DNA of 64,000 nucleotides from Macrostomum lignano (Eukaryota). Both the position numbers and the translations under genes were made by a program. Of this stretch, positions 1 through 13,344 are shown piece after piece; the first letter of the stretch is position 1, and each line of letters begins with the position of its first letter. Below the pieces are notes generated by a model, which saw only the letters and a list, made by a program, of their open reading frames with translations, was not told where the DNA came from and did no database searches. Where the stretch lies: NCBI GenBank assembly GCA_002269645.1, contig NIVC01002971.1, forward strand, positions 64,287-128,286, read 5' to 3'.

Positions 1-3000
1 TCGGCTCTCCTGTCGAGAGGAAAACCGGGATTAGCCTCTATAATCATAATTTTCGATTTTATAATTACCATGGCTGCTATAAATTTGTTAAAGTATCAAG
101 CTCAATTAAATAATTGTAAATTTTTAGCGCAATTAAATCTCAGGTGATTATAACACAAAGGATGGCATTAGTGTATCACGTGATGATACAAAGGAGTTAA
201 TCTTCGGATTGTGTTAGTTGGTAATCGTGTTAAACTATTAGCTATTAAAACTGTCATCTCTGATTGCCTTCTCTCCAGCTCGGCAAGCCGCCTGGCCTCC
301 TCAGCGAGTCGCCTCAGCCGCTCTCTGTGCGGGGATCAGCGGGGATTTTGTGATAAAGTGGCGTGGGCTGGAGCTGAAATTGTTTGTCTCATTGATGCGC
401 GGCTTTGAGAAAACATCTGATGCCATGTTTATAGGAACGACTGGGGCTAAACAACGTAGTTAAAACAGTTTTAACTCGTAAAATATGAAATAAATAGGGC
501 ATTGAGAAAAGCCATTTTGAAAGATATGTACACTCTACCCTCCCTCCACTGCTCTCCTCTCCTCTCCTCTCCTCTCCTCTCCTCTCCTCTCCTCTCCTTT
601 CCTCTCCTCTCCTCTCCTCTCCTCTCCTCTCCTCTCCTCTCCTCTCTTCTCCTCTCCTCTCCTCTCCTCTCCTCTCCTCTCCTCTCCTCTCTTCTCCTCT
701 CCTCTCCTCTCCTCTCCTCTCCTCTCTTCTCCTCTCTTCTCCTCTCCTCTCCTCTCCTCTCTTCTCCTCTCCTCTCTTCTCCTCTCTTCTCCTCTCTTCT
801 CCTCTCCTCTCCTCTCCTCTCCTCTCCTCTCCTTTCCTCTCCTCTCCTCTCCTCTCTTCTCTTCTCCTCTCGTCTCTTCTCTCTTCACATCTCTTCTCCT
901 CTCTTCTTCTTTCCTCTCCTCTTCTTCCCGATCTCCTCTCTTATTTTCTTTTCTCTTCTTCACTTCTCTCCTCACCTCCTCTCCTCTCTTCATCAGTATA
1001 TTTTTAGAATTGTCACCAATGCAAACAAAAGACAACCAGAAGTCATAGCATACAACAGCAACAGCAGCAGCAGTCACTGTGTGCTCAAGCACGCTGCTGC
1101 AGAGCTCAACAGCGCTGTGTCTCACCAGCGACCCAGCGATGTGGCCACAGCCTGAGGCCTCCACTGCGCCAGCCGCCAACTTGTCGGCGGTGCGTTACCG
1201 CGCAGTGCCGGCAAGTCGCTGTCAGTCAGCAAGCGCTGACGCGGCACCTGAGGCTGCCGCTGTCGCCGCCGCCAGCCAGACGCCAGCGATGGCAGTTGCG
1301 TCAAAGTCAACGACTGAGCGCAGAGTCGCGCTGGGTCAGAGTAGGGCCCCGCCCTGTTTATTGCGCAAGCAGGTGTTAGCCGCATTGTTAGTATGAGCAA
1401 GTCAGTCATTCTCATTCTGCTGACGCTCATTATCAGGCATGTGACACTCTGATCTGCGCCTTGGGGGGCCCAATCAATAATCTGATTATTGCTAAGAGTG
1501 GGGCTGGCCGCCAGCCAATCAGACACCCCCGTAGTCTAAAGCAATGTACATTCAATGTACTTAGTCAAGTCAACTCCACGGTGTGGCCGACTTATAAGCT
1601 TGATTAAGTAGTGCATAGGCTTTTTAACCAATCAGAGACAAGTAGTATCTATACCATTAGTCAGTTATAATTGCTATCGATAGTCTAAATGCTAAAAGTT
1701 ATAGAAGCTGTTTAATATATGCAGTATTGCAAGCACAATGCAAGTAATCGTAGTGACTAAAAGGTAATCACCAACCTTTCGGACTCGTCATCGTCTAAGT
1801 CCAGACCTGAATCGTGTTGACCTTGGCCTAGAAAATAATTCGAGAGGAGGGCAAATTCATTATGAGTGGGACACAAGACAATCATTTTGACTAATATGTA
1901 ATATGTGACAATTTGACAAATAGATATAGATGAATAATGATAAGAGTAGAGGGGATTAGAGGAGGTGAAAGGAGAGGAGAGGAGAGGAGAGAAGATGAGA
2001 TTAAATAAGATGAGATAAGATGAGATGAGATGAAAATAGATTAGAGATGAGATGAGATGAAAATAGATTAGAGATGAGATGAGATGAGATGAGATGCGAT
2101 GAAATGAGATGAGATGAGATGAGATGAAATGAGATAAGATGAGATGAGATGAGATGAGATGAGATTAGATGAGATGAGATGAGATCATGAGATGAGATGA
2201 GATGAGATGAGATCTCGAGATGAGATGGGATGAGATGAGATCATGAGATGAGATGAGATAAGATGAGATAAGATGAGATGAGATGAGATGAGATGAGATG
2301 AGATGAGATGAGATGAGATGAGATGAGATGAGATGAGATGAGATGAGATCATGAGATGAAATGGAATGAGATGAGATCATGAGATGAGATGAGATAAGAT
2401 GAGATAAGATGAGATCTCGAGATGAGATGGGATGAGATGAGATCATGAGATGAGATGAGATCATGAGATGAAATGGAATGAGATGAGATCATGAGATGAG
2501 ATGAGATAAGATGAGATAAGATGAGATGAGACGAGAACAGGGTCAGAGGCGCAGGAGACTTACTGCCGGCGGTGCCAGGCCGGGAGCTCAGTCCCGGGTA
2601 GCTCTGCATCGGGTAGGGCCCAATGTAAACTCCGGTGCCTCCCTTCTGCGTCACCTGCGGCACTTTTCCGTGATAGACGGCTGCAAAGAAGTTGATTTCT
2701 TTGTAAAAATAAAAATGTAGGAAATTGATTCCAAAGACCACCAGCTGGGACGTCCTTGACCCCTCTTACTTGTCTGGTTCAGCCGCTTGTGGAAGCCTGA
2801 GCGACTGCCTGAAAAAAGTTCAACAGTCCGTGTGGTTAAATTTTCATTATTCGAGGAGACTCACTCTTATTGAAATGAAAATTCATTCAATTTGCTCATT
2901 ACTGCTCTGTTCGGTGTTGTTGGACCTGTTGGAAGCCATGGAACCGTTTGAGCTGGTCTGGGATCGTCTGGCCACCTCGGAGTCAAGCACGAATATCTCA

Positions 3001-4806
3001 GGGCAGTAGGCCTAGGAAACAGTCGCAGTGAGAGCTCTGTAAGGCTAGTGGCTAACCAGAAATATGATTCCAGGAACTTTGGACTACTTTAGACAAAACT
3101 TACGTGAGGTGGCAGAAAGTGCTTTACTTTCATTTCTTGCTCCTGGTGACCCCGAACCTGAAACAATGCGGGTTGAATCTGTTTTAAATGATACATATGT
3201 CACAAAGCAATAGACACTGTCACAAAGCACAGACACTGTCACAAAGCACAGACACTGTCACAAAGCAACAGACACTGCCACAAAGCACAGATACTGTCAC
3301 AAAGCAACAGACACTGTCACAAAGCAACAGACACTGTCACAAAGCAATAGACACTGTCACAAAGCAACAGACACTGTCACAAAGCAACAGACACTGTCAC
3401 AAAGCAACAGACACTGTCACAAAGCAATAGACACTGTCACAAAGCAACAGACACTGTCACAAAGCACAGATACTGTCACAAAGCAACAGACACTGTCACA
3501 AAGCAATAGACACTGTCACAAAGCAACAGACACTGTCACAAAGCACAGACACTGTCACAAAGCAATAGACACTGTCACAAAGCAATAGACACTGTCACAA
3601 AGCAATAGACACTGTCACAACATACTGTTACGGGCTACAGGGTGTCCCATTTACAGCTCAAGAAATTGACTTCACACCTGAGTAAGGCACCGCCCCACGC
3701 TTTTGCAATAGACAAAACTTCTTGGCACAACTTCAAAGCCCAGCTGTTTTTCAATTTCGCTTCGCAAATGATCCAAATGAGTGTCTGGTGGGACTCTGCA
3801 ATGAGAAAGAAAGTTTGGCGAGATTGAAGCAATATTTCAATGAATTAATTAAACGAAATTGGCAGAAATATTTCACTCACCTAACGAAACCCGCAGATAC
3901 GCTCTCTCCAATCACTTGGTTGAAGGCACTGCGAAGACGGTCGTGCCACAGGTAAGCCGGCACAACATAGATGTGAAGATCCACCAACTGCAAACGAAAT
4001 TGCATCTTAATTTTTTGACATTCATATTAATTTAGTAAATATAAGTTTAACAGTGCAATCCATTGCATAAGATAAAACAAAAATTAAATTTCAGCTTGTG
4101 TTTTTAGTGAGGTGTTTTATTTATTGCTAAGTGTGTTTTGAATGCATTATGAATTACAACTTGTACTTATAAATATATTCAACATTTTATTATTATTTTG
4201 TAGCATTATTAATAACTACACGAAAATTAATGAAGACAAAGAAACTAAGCAAAATATTTAATTTTCTAGGGTTGATTTTTTGTTTACAGCTTTTGTTAAG
4301 TCTGAATTTTCTGTTGGCTATTAAAAAACTAAAAGAAGCTTTTGAACGTTGATAAGTTTCGTTATAAAGGGAGACTTGAACTTTATTCAGAAAATAATTA
4401 TATAGTCCCTGTCATTTGAAATAATTTCTTTCACAGGGCATTTTATACGAAAGTAGTCGTAGATATTTTTTACTTCTACAGTAACTAATAAAAGCAGGCG
4501 GCATTTACCTAAATAGTAAGTAATTATTTCGTGAAAAGTACATGCAAATTAAAAAAATGTGTTAAATGACAAGCCAAAAAGTACTCTTGATTCTGGTAAT
4601 CTGGTATTGAGTGTTTGACTATTTCAACTATTACGACAAGTTAAATTACAGCTGGAAAGTCCAAATTAAATCCAAGAGAAAGTAGTCACCGAGCCTCCTG
4701 AAAATATTACGAGCGTAAAAAAGGCTTGATAGTTCATTCCATTCCATAAATTCAATATGCTTACTTGTTCGGATGGTGGCCGGTATGTAGGTCTGTCATA
4801 GTTCAT
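1..4806 (-). CDS. SPATA1: SPATA1-like (spermatogenesis-associated protein 1) multi-exon gene, 3' end off the left edge. Exons read by hand: 4765-4806, 3881-3987, 3678-3795, 3104-3157, 2903-3011, 2770-2808, 2564-2680, 1776-1827, an exon starting at 1353 (end uncertain), and probable further exons at ~250-324 and 1-9
   Basis: Each fully delimited exon has GT/AG boundaries and the phases chain without a stop: MNYDRPTYRPPSEQ|LVDLHIYVVPAYLWHDRLRSAFNQVIGESVSAGFVR|VPPDTHLDHLRSEIEKQLGFEVVPRSFVYCKSVGRCLTQ|VRGHQEQEMKVKHFLPPH|AYCPEIFVLD... This matches my recollection of the vertebrate SPATA1 N-terminus (LVELHVFYVP...FISAGFLRV...QESELKLKSFAPPYALQPELYLL). Family call from memory, no database search. Confidence 0.8.
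540..990. repeat. (CTCCT/CTCTT)n pentanucleotide microsatellite in a SPATA1-like intron
   Basis: Directly visible; accounts for the LLSSP/EERRG ORFs. Confidence 0.95.
1970..2530. repeat. (GAGAT)n pentanucleotide microsatellite
   Basis: Directly visible; intronic. Confidence 0.95.
3205..3622. repeat. 19-20 bp minisatellite (ACAGACACTGTCACAAAGCA)n
   Basis: About 20 tandem copies between SPATA1-like exons 3 and 4. Confidence 0.9.
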
Positions 4807-7315
4807 TCTTTCTTTCGTTAAAGTTAAAAACACTAGTCTGCTCTTTTATACAGTAATAAATGGTCAGTCGAAAACTATCGTCGATTTTTGAACAAAATAA
4901 ATTATTTATCGCACTTCTGCATCGTAACGAGTATTTAATCCCTTATGCAAATTCAATAAAATTTGAATTTAATTTGTTTGTATATTTTTTGTTGAGAAAA
5001 GCTTCAGTTTTGAGCTTAGAATGACTATCCAGATAACTTTGTTTAAATTAAGGCCAACAGGCCACACCGTTAAACAGCAAGACGACTGACAATTGACATC
5101 CTTAGATTATAGCAAGCCCTGTTGTTATTTGAATAATAGGAAGGCTATAATTAGCAACAATAAGTTTCATAATTAGATTTTCGATTTAAAATGAATGCAT
5201 ATGCATGTTTTCTATACTCATCTAAGGCTTGCTTGAGATGTAATTAAGATATGTGTGAGATATTCAGAGATTTGTCTGAATAACCCACAGAATATCACAA
5301 ATTAAAGAGGTATTCTGTGAAATCGCTTAATTATTGCGAGATTTTTTTCTTTTATTCCAGAGCACAGTGTACAAAAATGACGAGTTTTTTACAGTTTTTA
5401 TAGGACGTAGACTCTGCAAAGTTTGTGTGATTTTTGATACAACTTCCTGGGAAAAAAGACACCGCGGAGATTGGAAAAAACCATATTCTGTCATCCTTAT
5501 AATCAATGATTGCATTTAATCTGGGTTAGTAAAGATTACTGTTCCTGTAATTTAGCAATGCACAAACATATGTTACTCTCTGCTATCTTATATTATATAG
5601 GTAATGTACATGTAGTCGTGTATATAAGTACATGGTATCGGCATGTATGCAGAAACAATACTCATTAAAAATATACCTACAATAGTGGCTTGAATACCTA
5701 AATGCAAATTTAACTTTTTTACTACAAATATGCTTAATATCAAAACATAAAGTTAAGCTATAGCCTTTTGTGAGTATTAACAGTGATTATGAATTAATAA
5801 CTGCATGTTTAAGTATATGTACATGTAGCTGTACTCGTTTATAATGTACTATATTAATATACATGTACATGTACACTTTTAAACGTATACATTTTACTTC
5901 TGATGCCATTTGACGCATATGTACATGTACAGTACAGTAATAACAGTATGGATATGGAAATCAGCCAGAACAGTGGCTCACGCAAACAGCAATTATTGGC
6001 TTGGGTACACATGTAGATGTACATGTTTATACTGCTTGAGACTTCAGGGTAACCCGAACATATACAGTACATGTACATAATGCGCGATAAGGCGCTTTCA
6101 CACGGGCTCAATCATATCAGGTAACCTTGATACATGTACAGGTATTAAACACAAGAAATAAAACAAATTTGTATCTCATATCCTTAAATTTGCGTTAGCC
6201 GATTAGTAACTCAAAAAGCGATACAATTACAATATTTAGGGTACAATATATGTCCAGTTTGCAGTAGTGTGTATTTTTCTATTAACCAAAGTACATAACT
6301 GATTCGTTAACAGTATAAATCGATCTCAGTTAAAACATCGAGTATAGATGTTTATAGCCAGACAGGTAAGAATTTCTCTTGGGGCCAAACTTAAGCCCAG
6401 AGTAAAAACACGCGCAAGAGACGGAGTGGGTTGATAATAATGATTGAAAAAATAAACTGAAGCACCTGAAGGACAGACAGTTTCATGGGGGCTGACAATA
6501 TTACGGCTGGTTGGCTGGCACATCAGCGATTAATAACAGTTAACACCTGCCCCTTGACTAATACTAAGCCAGTTGTTAAAAGAAGTTAAGTCCGCACAGA
6601 AGCGGTTAGCAGTGAGGCAATAAGCGTTGTCTTTGTTGGAGTAAAGCGGGACAAAAAAGTTTTGATAACCCAAATCTACAATTATAAATTATTAAGGAAT
6701 TGAAGCATTGATACAAACAGCATATTTTCTATCCGGTACTACTAATAAGTAGACAAGCAGGAAATTTGCACTGAAATAAACATAAATTGACCAAAATCGA
6801 GCAGTTAAAGGAAAACCACTGCCTCTGGAATTGGTGTTGCCTGAAGTATGAAACAGAACAAGCAACGGATTCACACTCGGGTGCGATAGATTATAAAGTT
6901 TGTACGACACTACTGCCAGTAAAGCAGTTAGGGACATAACCATCTACAGTCACAGCAAGGTATATAATGGAGAAAGGAACTAAAAGACAGAAAAGATTGT
7001 GTTCAGGTAATTGAGGGAGTGCGGGGGCTCAACAAGCAACAGAGGCGATGTTGAAAAAATCTATGCATTACACAAATTATATTCGTCATGCCCGTTACTC
7101 GCTACTAAACCGTGGCCTGAAGACAAACTACTGGTGAGCGAGGAGCGGTAAACTTATTAAGAAATATATTTATATAGGCTGTTCATTGAAAGCTGGAGCA
7201 TCTGATAGTAGATTTTGCTTGTTTATTTTTGGTTGACAACGGAACTAAACATCTGCGGAGGGACTTGCAGCGGCTGAGACAGCGGCAGGATGAGTTTTAT
7301 AAGCAAATTAATTCC

Positions 7316-8974
7316 TCACTGATTGAGCAGGTGCTCGGTCGCCCGCTCCAGGTTCCACACGTTGGAGGACAGCGCCACGCGGCAGTCGTGCTGCAATCAA
7401 ATTTTTCCCAGGAATTGTGTCGGGTGGGAAGTCGAAAGGTGAAATATCGTTGGGATGTTGAATTACTGTGCTAGGTTTTGGGGATCTTTTAGGATCTGAC
7501 AACCTTTAATTGTGGGGGATTTTGGGATTTGACAACCCTGTGGAATACTTTGGGGATATTCTGGGATCTGACAACCCTGTGGGAGATTTTGGGACTAGAC
7601 AACCCTATGGGAGATTTTGGGGATATTTTGGGATCTGACAACTCAGTGCGATATTTTGGGGATATTTTGTGATCCCTGTGGGAGATTTTGGGGATAGATG
7701 GAACTTAACAAATCTGTGGGAGATTTCGGGATATTTTGGGATCTGACAACACTGGGAGATTTTGAGAAAATTTTGGGATTGGACAACCCTGTAAGAGAAT
7801 TTGGGTATATTGGGGATAATTTGCGATCTGACAACCCTATGAGATTTTAGGGATATTTTGAGATCTGACAACCCTGCGGGGCATTTTGGGATCTGAAATT
7901 CCTAAGAGATTTCGAGGATATTTCAGGATCTGACAACACTGTGAGGGATCTGATCCAAACGGGCCCCGGCCATTTTGGGAGATTTAATTTCACCAGAGCC
8001 AGACGCAGTTCCTGCCTCACCTCGGGAAATCCCATCTGTTTGAGCGACTCCACCTTGGCCTTGAGGTCGGGCTCCCTGTCCGGGGCGCCAGCATAGGCGT
8101 GGGCCCAGTGCCTGGCCGTCTGCAGGAACACGGCATGCTGCTCCCTGTACTGCTTGGCAACCACCGCGTCCTGCGGGTCGTCGGGTTCTGGCGAGGCCAG
8201 CAGGGCCTGCAGGGACAGCAGCACGGTGCGCAGGGTCATTGCGGCTGCCCACTGGTCTTTGAGGATGTCTAAACAGATGGCACCGGTCACGGAGCTGATG
8301 TTCGGGTGCCAGATCCTGGTGATGAACTTCACTTTTGGCGGCGTGAACGGATACGTGTCCGGGATCACCACCTCCAGCTGGCCGAGGAAGAAAATGAGGG
8401 GGAAGTTGAGGCAGCGCTTGAAGCATAAATCAATCATTTATATTTGCTATATTGCAATGTACCATACTTGAGCTGGTAAGCAACTGACTACCGACTTAAA
8501 CCTAACCCCAACAAATCATAAACCTAAACCCAAACTCTTAACTAAACCCTAACCTAAACCTAAAACCTAAATCTAAATTGCCGGCAGTCAATTATCGTTC
8601 CTTCCTATTATTTTCACAATACGTGCGTAAACATGTTCTTCTCACTCTACTGTTAGTAAAAATATTAGTTTTTTCTTTTGTTTTATGAAAATATCGGAAG
8701 GCTGAATTGAGGTTTGTTATTAAGGATACTTTTAATACTTTTTATGGAACATTCATGATGTAGCAAAGTGAGACACTGTGAGTGAAAATCCGGCCCCGCA
8801 AACCTGGAATTTGCCGTGCTCATAGGGCGTATCGGGTGGACCGCAGATTTCTCCACGCAGTTTTCGCAAATTATCGGAGACTGGCTCCACCCGGATGTGA
8901 TGGCTGGCAATCTCGTTACTCTTCATCACCTCTTTGAACTCTCGCCTGATGCGTTGGTCTGCAATGTTGCTCAT
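7316..8974 (-). CDS. UBE2K: Ubiquitin-conjugating enzyme E2 K (E2-25K/HIP2), join(8804-8974, 8021-8377, 7316-7390), 200 aa
   Basis: UBC fold with HPNISSVTGAICLDILKDQW (catalytic Cys), N-terminal MSNIADQRIRREFKEV, and a C-terminal UBA domain (KVESLKQMGFPE|HDCRVALSSNVWNLERATEHLLNQ*). Canonical GT/AG junctions, all phase 0; 57+119+24 = 200 aa. Confidence 0.95.
7480..7960. repeat. Degenerate tandem repeat (core GGGATCTGACAACCCT / GGGGATATTTT) in UBE2K intron 2
   Basis: Recurrent GATCTGACAAC core at irregular spacing. Confidence 0.75.
8482..8593. mobile_element. Small MITE-like insert with a CCTAA-rich interior in UBE2K intron 1
   Basis: Imperfect 12-bp inverted ends (AACTGACTACCG / CGGCAGTCAATT, 10/12) around AACCTAA-type repeats. 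Confidence 0.35.
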
Positions 8975-9440
8975 CTGGATTGCTGGGATGCATGAACGGT
9001 ATCAGTGATGGAGTGGTGAGGCTGTCACAGAGACAATTTGCAATGCTAGTGATCAAAACGGCCCTTTTAAGGGCAAAACGGTTGTAAATGAGTGAATGAT
9101 AGCCAGGGTTGTCAGCTGAAACTTAGTACCTAGCAAGTTCTTTTTTGTCCAACGCATGTTAGTCATTTAGCTTCTAAGGTTAAAATGATGAACATTAGTA
9201 GACAAATAACCAAGATGTAGCAATGCATGATAGAAGGTTATATCTTTTTTAAATAAGATGACTTTAATTAAAATTATATCATTAAAACATTCTAAAAGTT
9301 ACTCTTTAATAGGACTTAATAGTCATTTAACAATATTGCCATTTTGGTACAAACTGATTGAGTTTATTAATATTAAAAATAATAATAGCAATAATTTTAA
9401 CAATTGATTACACCTGCCCTAATGGCAATATATGCAACTA

Positions 9441-9680
9441 ACAGCTCAGCCAAAGCTATTGTGCAGCATATCTGAAAGCTGCATATGGCTGTTCAGTCAG
9501 ACTGGGGGTCGCCACACACACCTTCAATTACCCCAGCTAATACTAGGACAGCTGGGTGAACTGCAGCAATGCAGAGTTAAGTGTCTTGCTCAAGGACGCA
9601 AATTTTTATAGTGAGATCAAGAATTGAATCCTTAACCTTCAAGTTGTGAGTCTGATGCCCTAACCACTAGGCTACAACCC
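9441..9680 (+). mobile_element. SINE/LINE 3'-tail-like interspersed repeat (L2-type tail), copy 1
   Basis: Colinear similarity to 46987-47241 (ACAGCTCAGCC..GCTATT, GTCGCCACACAC..CAATTACCCCAG, ACAGCTGG, TGTCTTGCTCAA, CACT(A/T)GGCTACAACCC). The TGTCTTGCYCAAGG and CTAACCACTAGGCTA motifs are as I recall them from L2-clade tails. Confidence 0.6.
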
Positions 9681-9919
9681 TTTAATAATAAACAAAGTCT
9701 AAGATTATATAATCTAAAGCCAAAAACAAAACTGCATGATAGCCAATATCTAACAAAGTGGAACTCCTCCTTCGGAGGAGAAAGGGGAAGAACTCCCATC
9801 ACCGGAATTCTATTCCCTGAAATATCCATCAACTGAAATTCCATGTCTTGAACCCTATCTTCCAAATCGTCTCCAAATTCTTTACAAAACCTTTCAAAGC
9901 CCATAGCTTAAAGACTCTC

Positions 9920-10334
9920 ACGTCTCTCATATCTCCTCTCCTCTCTTCGCTATTATCGTGACTCTCTTCTCTCTCCTCTCTCTCATCTCATCTCTACCCC
10001 TACTCCCTTATTTATCTCTTCTCCCTCGTCTTTCGTCTGTACCCTCTCCTGTCTCTTGTCTCCTCTCTTCTCTCATATCTCTCCTCTTCACTTCTGTCTC
10101 CTGACTTCTCTTCTCTTCTCTCTCATATCTCATATCTACTCACTTATCTATCGTCTCTCCTTAACTCTCTCTCTCTCTCTCTCTCTTCTCTTTTCTCTCC
10201 TCTCTGCTCTTATTTCTCATATCTCATATACGCTCTCACTCTCTACTTTCTTATCTCCCATCTTTTTTTTCTCCTTTCCACTATCCTCTGTCTCTTCTCT
10301 TCTCTCTTTTCTACCCTCTCCATTCTCTCTTCTC
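9920..10334. repeat. CT-rich low-complexity tract
   Basis: Directly visible; abuts the gypsy LTR. Confidence 0.85.
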
Positions 10335-10495
10335 TGTTGTGTTGCGACACAGAAGTCTTATGTTTCCAGATGCTTGTATGGATATAGAGCAGCTGTGTAG
10401 TTATAAGTGCTCTTTAACACTCGTTTATTAGTCGTGTCCATAGACATAAATCAAACACACAGAGAATGAGTCTATGAGTCTATCATAACATAACA
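10335..10495 (-). repeat. 3' LTR of gypsy element 1 (161 bp)
   Basis: TGTTATG...CACAACA in element orientation, immediately after PPT GAAGAAGGGAGA. Confidence 0.8.
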
Positions 10496-12508
10496 TCTCC
10501 CTTCTTCAGAGGGATTCCTATGTGTAAGTAAAATAAATCCTCTTTCCGGAAGTTCCGTTCTACACTGACACCTTTTCATTAGTCAATGTGCCTGAAATCG
10601 CACGACTGGCTTCACCACACGTCCACTCCGTGTTGTATAGCCATTTGTCGTCCTAGGTGACTGACATAGTTGTGCATTAGGTGCTTGTGCTGATGGTTTG
10701 CTGCCTATATTTTCCTCCACTGCTTCGTGCTTATCCGGTTGACTTTAAGAAGCTTTCAGTGGTGCGGTAGTTTCCTTTCCGAATGCGTCTTCAAGGGTTT
10801 CTCTTTGTGGAACAGCGATTTCTTCTGCTGCTCCAGTCCGTTGAGTCAAAAACGATTTGTTCCGACGTAGTAGCTTTCCTTGTTCATCGCGAACTATATA
10901 AGAACGGTCATTCACTCTCATGTGCACTTCTGCTGGCTGCCATCGTCGTGTTGATTCTTGCATCCAAACCTTTTCTCCACAACCAAATTCTCTCCTCTCC
11001 TTAGATCCACGGTTGTAATATTCTTCGGCCTTGTTCTGCTGGTCCTTTAGCTTCTGCAGTACTTTCCTGAACATGACCTGTCTAGGAATTAGATCTGCTT
11101 TTGGGATCGGCAAATCATAGCGCAGTTTGTGTCCAAAGACTAGCTCAGCGGGTGATGGCATTCCATGCTCGATAGGAGTGTTCTTGTAATGCAGCAGTGC
11201 CATGTGCTCGCCTTCATTGCTCTTCAGAACCTTCTTTAAAATATTCTTGATCGTTTGAACGCCTCTTTCCGCTAATCCGTTGGACTGGCTGTACTTCGGC
11301 GATGATGTAGCATGCTTGAAGCCGTACTCTTTCGCGAAACGACCAAATTCTCTTCCCGAGAATGGAGGTCCATTGTCAGATCTTAAAATCTCGCAAACTC
11401 CATAGGTCTGGAAATACTTCTTTAGTTGGGGAATCACAGAGGCAGCTGAAGTATTGTTGATCTTAGCGTATTCGATCATCCGACTGTATTTATCAACATA
11501 TATCAAGAAATTCTTCCCGTCAATATGGAAAATATCCGTGCCACATTCCTGAAATGGGTAGTCCGGTAGGCACTGAGCCACCATCGGTTCCTTCTGTGGC
11601 TTTCTTTGGCTTTCCTGGCAGGCAATGCACGCTGAAGTCATTTCTTGAATATCACATGTAATTCCAGGCCAGTAGACGCTCTCTGACGCCTTTAAGCTTG
11701 CCTTCACAATTCCAGGGTGTCCAGTATGCAGCTTCTGTAGCACTTCCATTCTCATTGAGTTTGGAACGACTATTCGGTTCTTCATCCAGATCAGATTGCC
11801 ATGCGCAGTCAGATCATGTCTGACGTTCCAGAAACAACGAAGCTCAGTCACGAGCTGGCTTCTGTGGTGAGGCCAACCAACACCGATGATCTCAGCGAGT
11901 TGTTGCAGTGTTGAGTCCTTTGCCGTTTCATTTTCCAGTTTCTGCATCAGTTCTGGGAATCCAACCGACATTCTAACACCGAGCACGTGACCTTCGATGT
12001 CATCTTCGAGTTGTTTAGAGGCATGTACGTTCTTTAAGAAAGCGCGGCTTAGAGTGTCTGGAATGTGCAAGTCTTTACCGGGAACGTATATAATGTGCAG
12101 GTCGTACTTCTGAACTAGTAGCATCAGTCTCTGCAATCTTGCTGTAAGAGTTGAAATTGGCTTCCGGAAGATGTTCTCTAGCGGCTTGTGGTCGCTCTCG
12201 ACCGTTACCTTGTGTCCCCAGACGTACTGGTGGAATCGCTTGCAGCCAAACACAATAGCCAAAAGTTCCTTTTCGATCTGAGCATACTTCCGTTGGGATG
12301 GCGTCAGTGATGACGAAGCGTATTCCAGCGGGTGTCCATCTTGCAGGATAGTTGCTCCGAGACCGTGTTGACTAGCATCGACTGACAGAGTAAGTGGTGC
12401 ATTCGGGTTATAGCGAGCTAAGACTGGTGCGTCGCAAAGACTCTGCACAATTGATTCGTACGCTTTTTCGTGTTCATTTGTCCAGTTCCACTGAGCATTC
12501 TTCGTCAG

Positions 12509-13344
12509 CAATGTAACGATATATACCGATTTTTTTCGGCAGCAATTGCGTAAGCTGAAGCCGCGTAGCGGCTGAAGCTTAGTAGAGCAATTGCTGCCAA
12601 AAAAATCGGTACATGTCATTATTGTACCCTTTTGACTTCCCTTGTCTATGGCCCAGACATAGTGCGGATGCTGAGTATGAAATGCGATTGTTGCCGGAAT
12701 GCGCTTTGAAAGGGTTGTAGAGATAATCAATCGTCTATGGCAAATTTAGTTGCTCTCTAAATGAAAGGGTTGTAGAGATAATTAATCGTTTATGGCAAAT
12801 TTAAAGGACAGTGAAGACAGCTAGCCTGGCTGCCATGAGTTAATTCTCAAGTTGATTTTGAGCTTGAATTAATTCTCCTATTCGGAGTGCAAATAGGAAA
12901 AGTAGCTATGATTCGCTACGCAAACATTCCTGGCGGAGAAATATGTGGACTCTCCACGGACGAGTTGGCTTTTGTCACCCGAGAGTCGAGCACGCGCTAC
13001 GTTCTGGAGATGGACAACCTGGATGCGTCGTCCAGTTCCAACGGGCTGCCTGAGCTAGGTAGCGAAGATCTGGAAATGTTGGACCGACTTGAGAGTGACT
13101 CAGTGCCGAAATCGACCGAGACGCAACGGAAGCTTCACGTGGCAAGGTTCCGACAGTTCCTCAACGAGAAGGGGCTCTGCCAGGAGTTTGAGCGTGTTCC
13201 GGATCGATTTTTGAACGATTATCCTTGTTTTGATAGCCAAATACATTCGTCTGAAATCCGGCAACAATCGAAAAAAGCCGACAAACAATTAAATTGTTAC
13301 CGCAAGTATGAATGCCGGAAACCATAGACAAAAGGGAACAATGT
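12509..13344 (+). mobile_element. Non-autonomous, internally deleted Crypton-like tyrosine-recombinase element nested in gypsy pol
   Basis: 6-bp direct repeat CAATGT at 12509-12514 and 13339-13344; removing 830 bp restores the gypsy frame (AAPLRT-LLTKNAQW). No terminal inverted repeats. ORF 12887-13327 (EMLDRLESDSVPKST...HVARFRQFL...LNDY) aligns by eye with the N-terminus of the YR at 50798 (EMDRIEIESLPEDT...HGQRFRDFL...LNQY), then breaks at ~13225. Confidence 0.8.

Noticed and set aside
5590-6140. Cluster of TACATGTA/ACATGT palindromes (also at 16.9-19.9 kb)
   Set aside because: No regular spacing or boundaries; it looks like common low-complexity sequence.
6300-7200. Short ORFs and donor-like sites between SPATA1-like and UBE2K
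   Set aside because: I could not build a consistent exon chain or recognise a domain.
9632-9904. 90-aa ORF with MDISGNRIPVMG, faintly like a retroelement protease C-terminus
   Set aside because: No catalytic DTG motif, short, and it runs into the SINE-like tail; cannot be supported.
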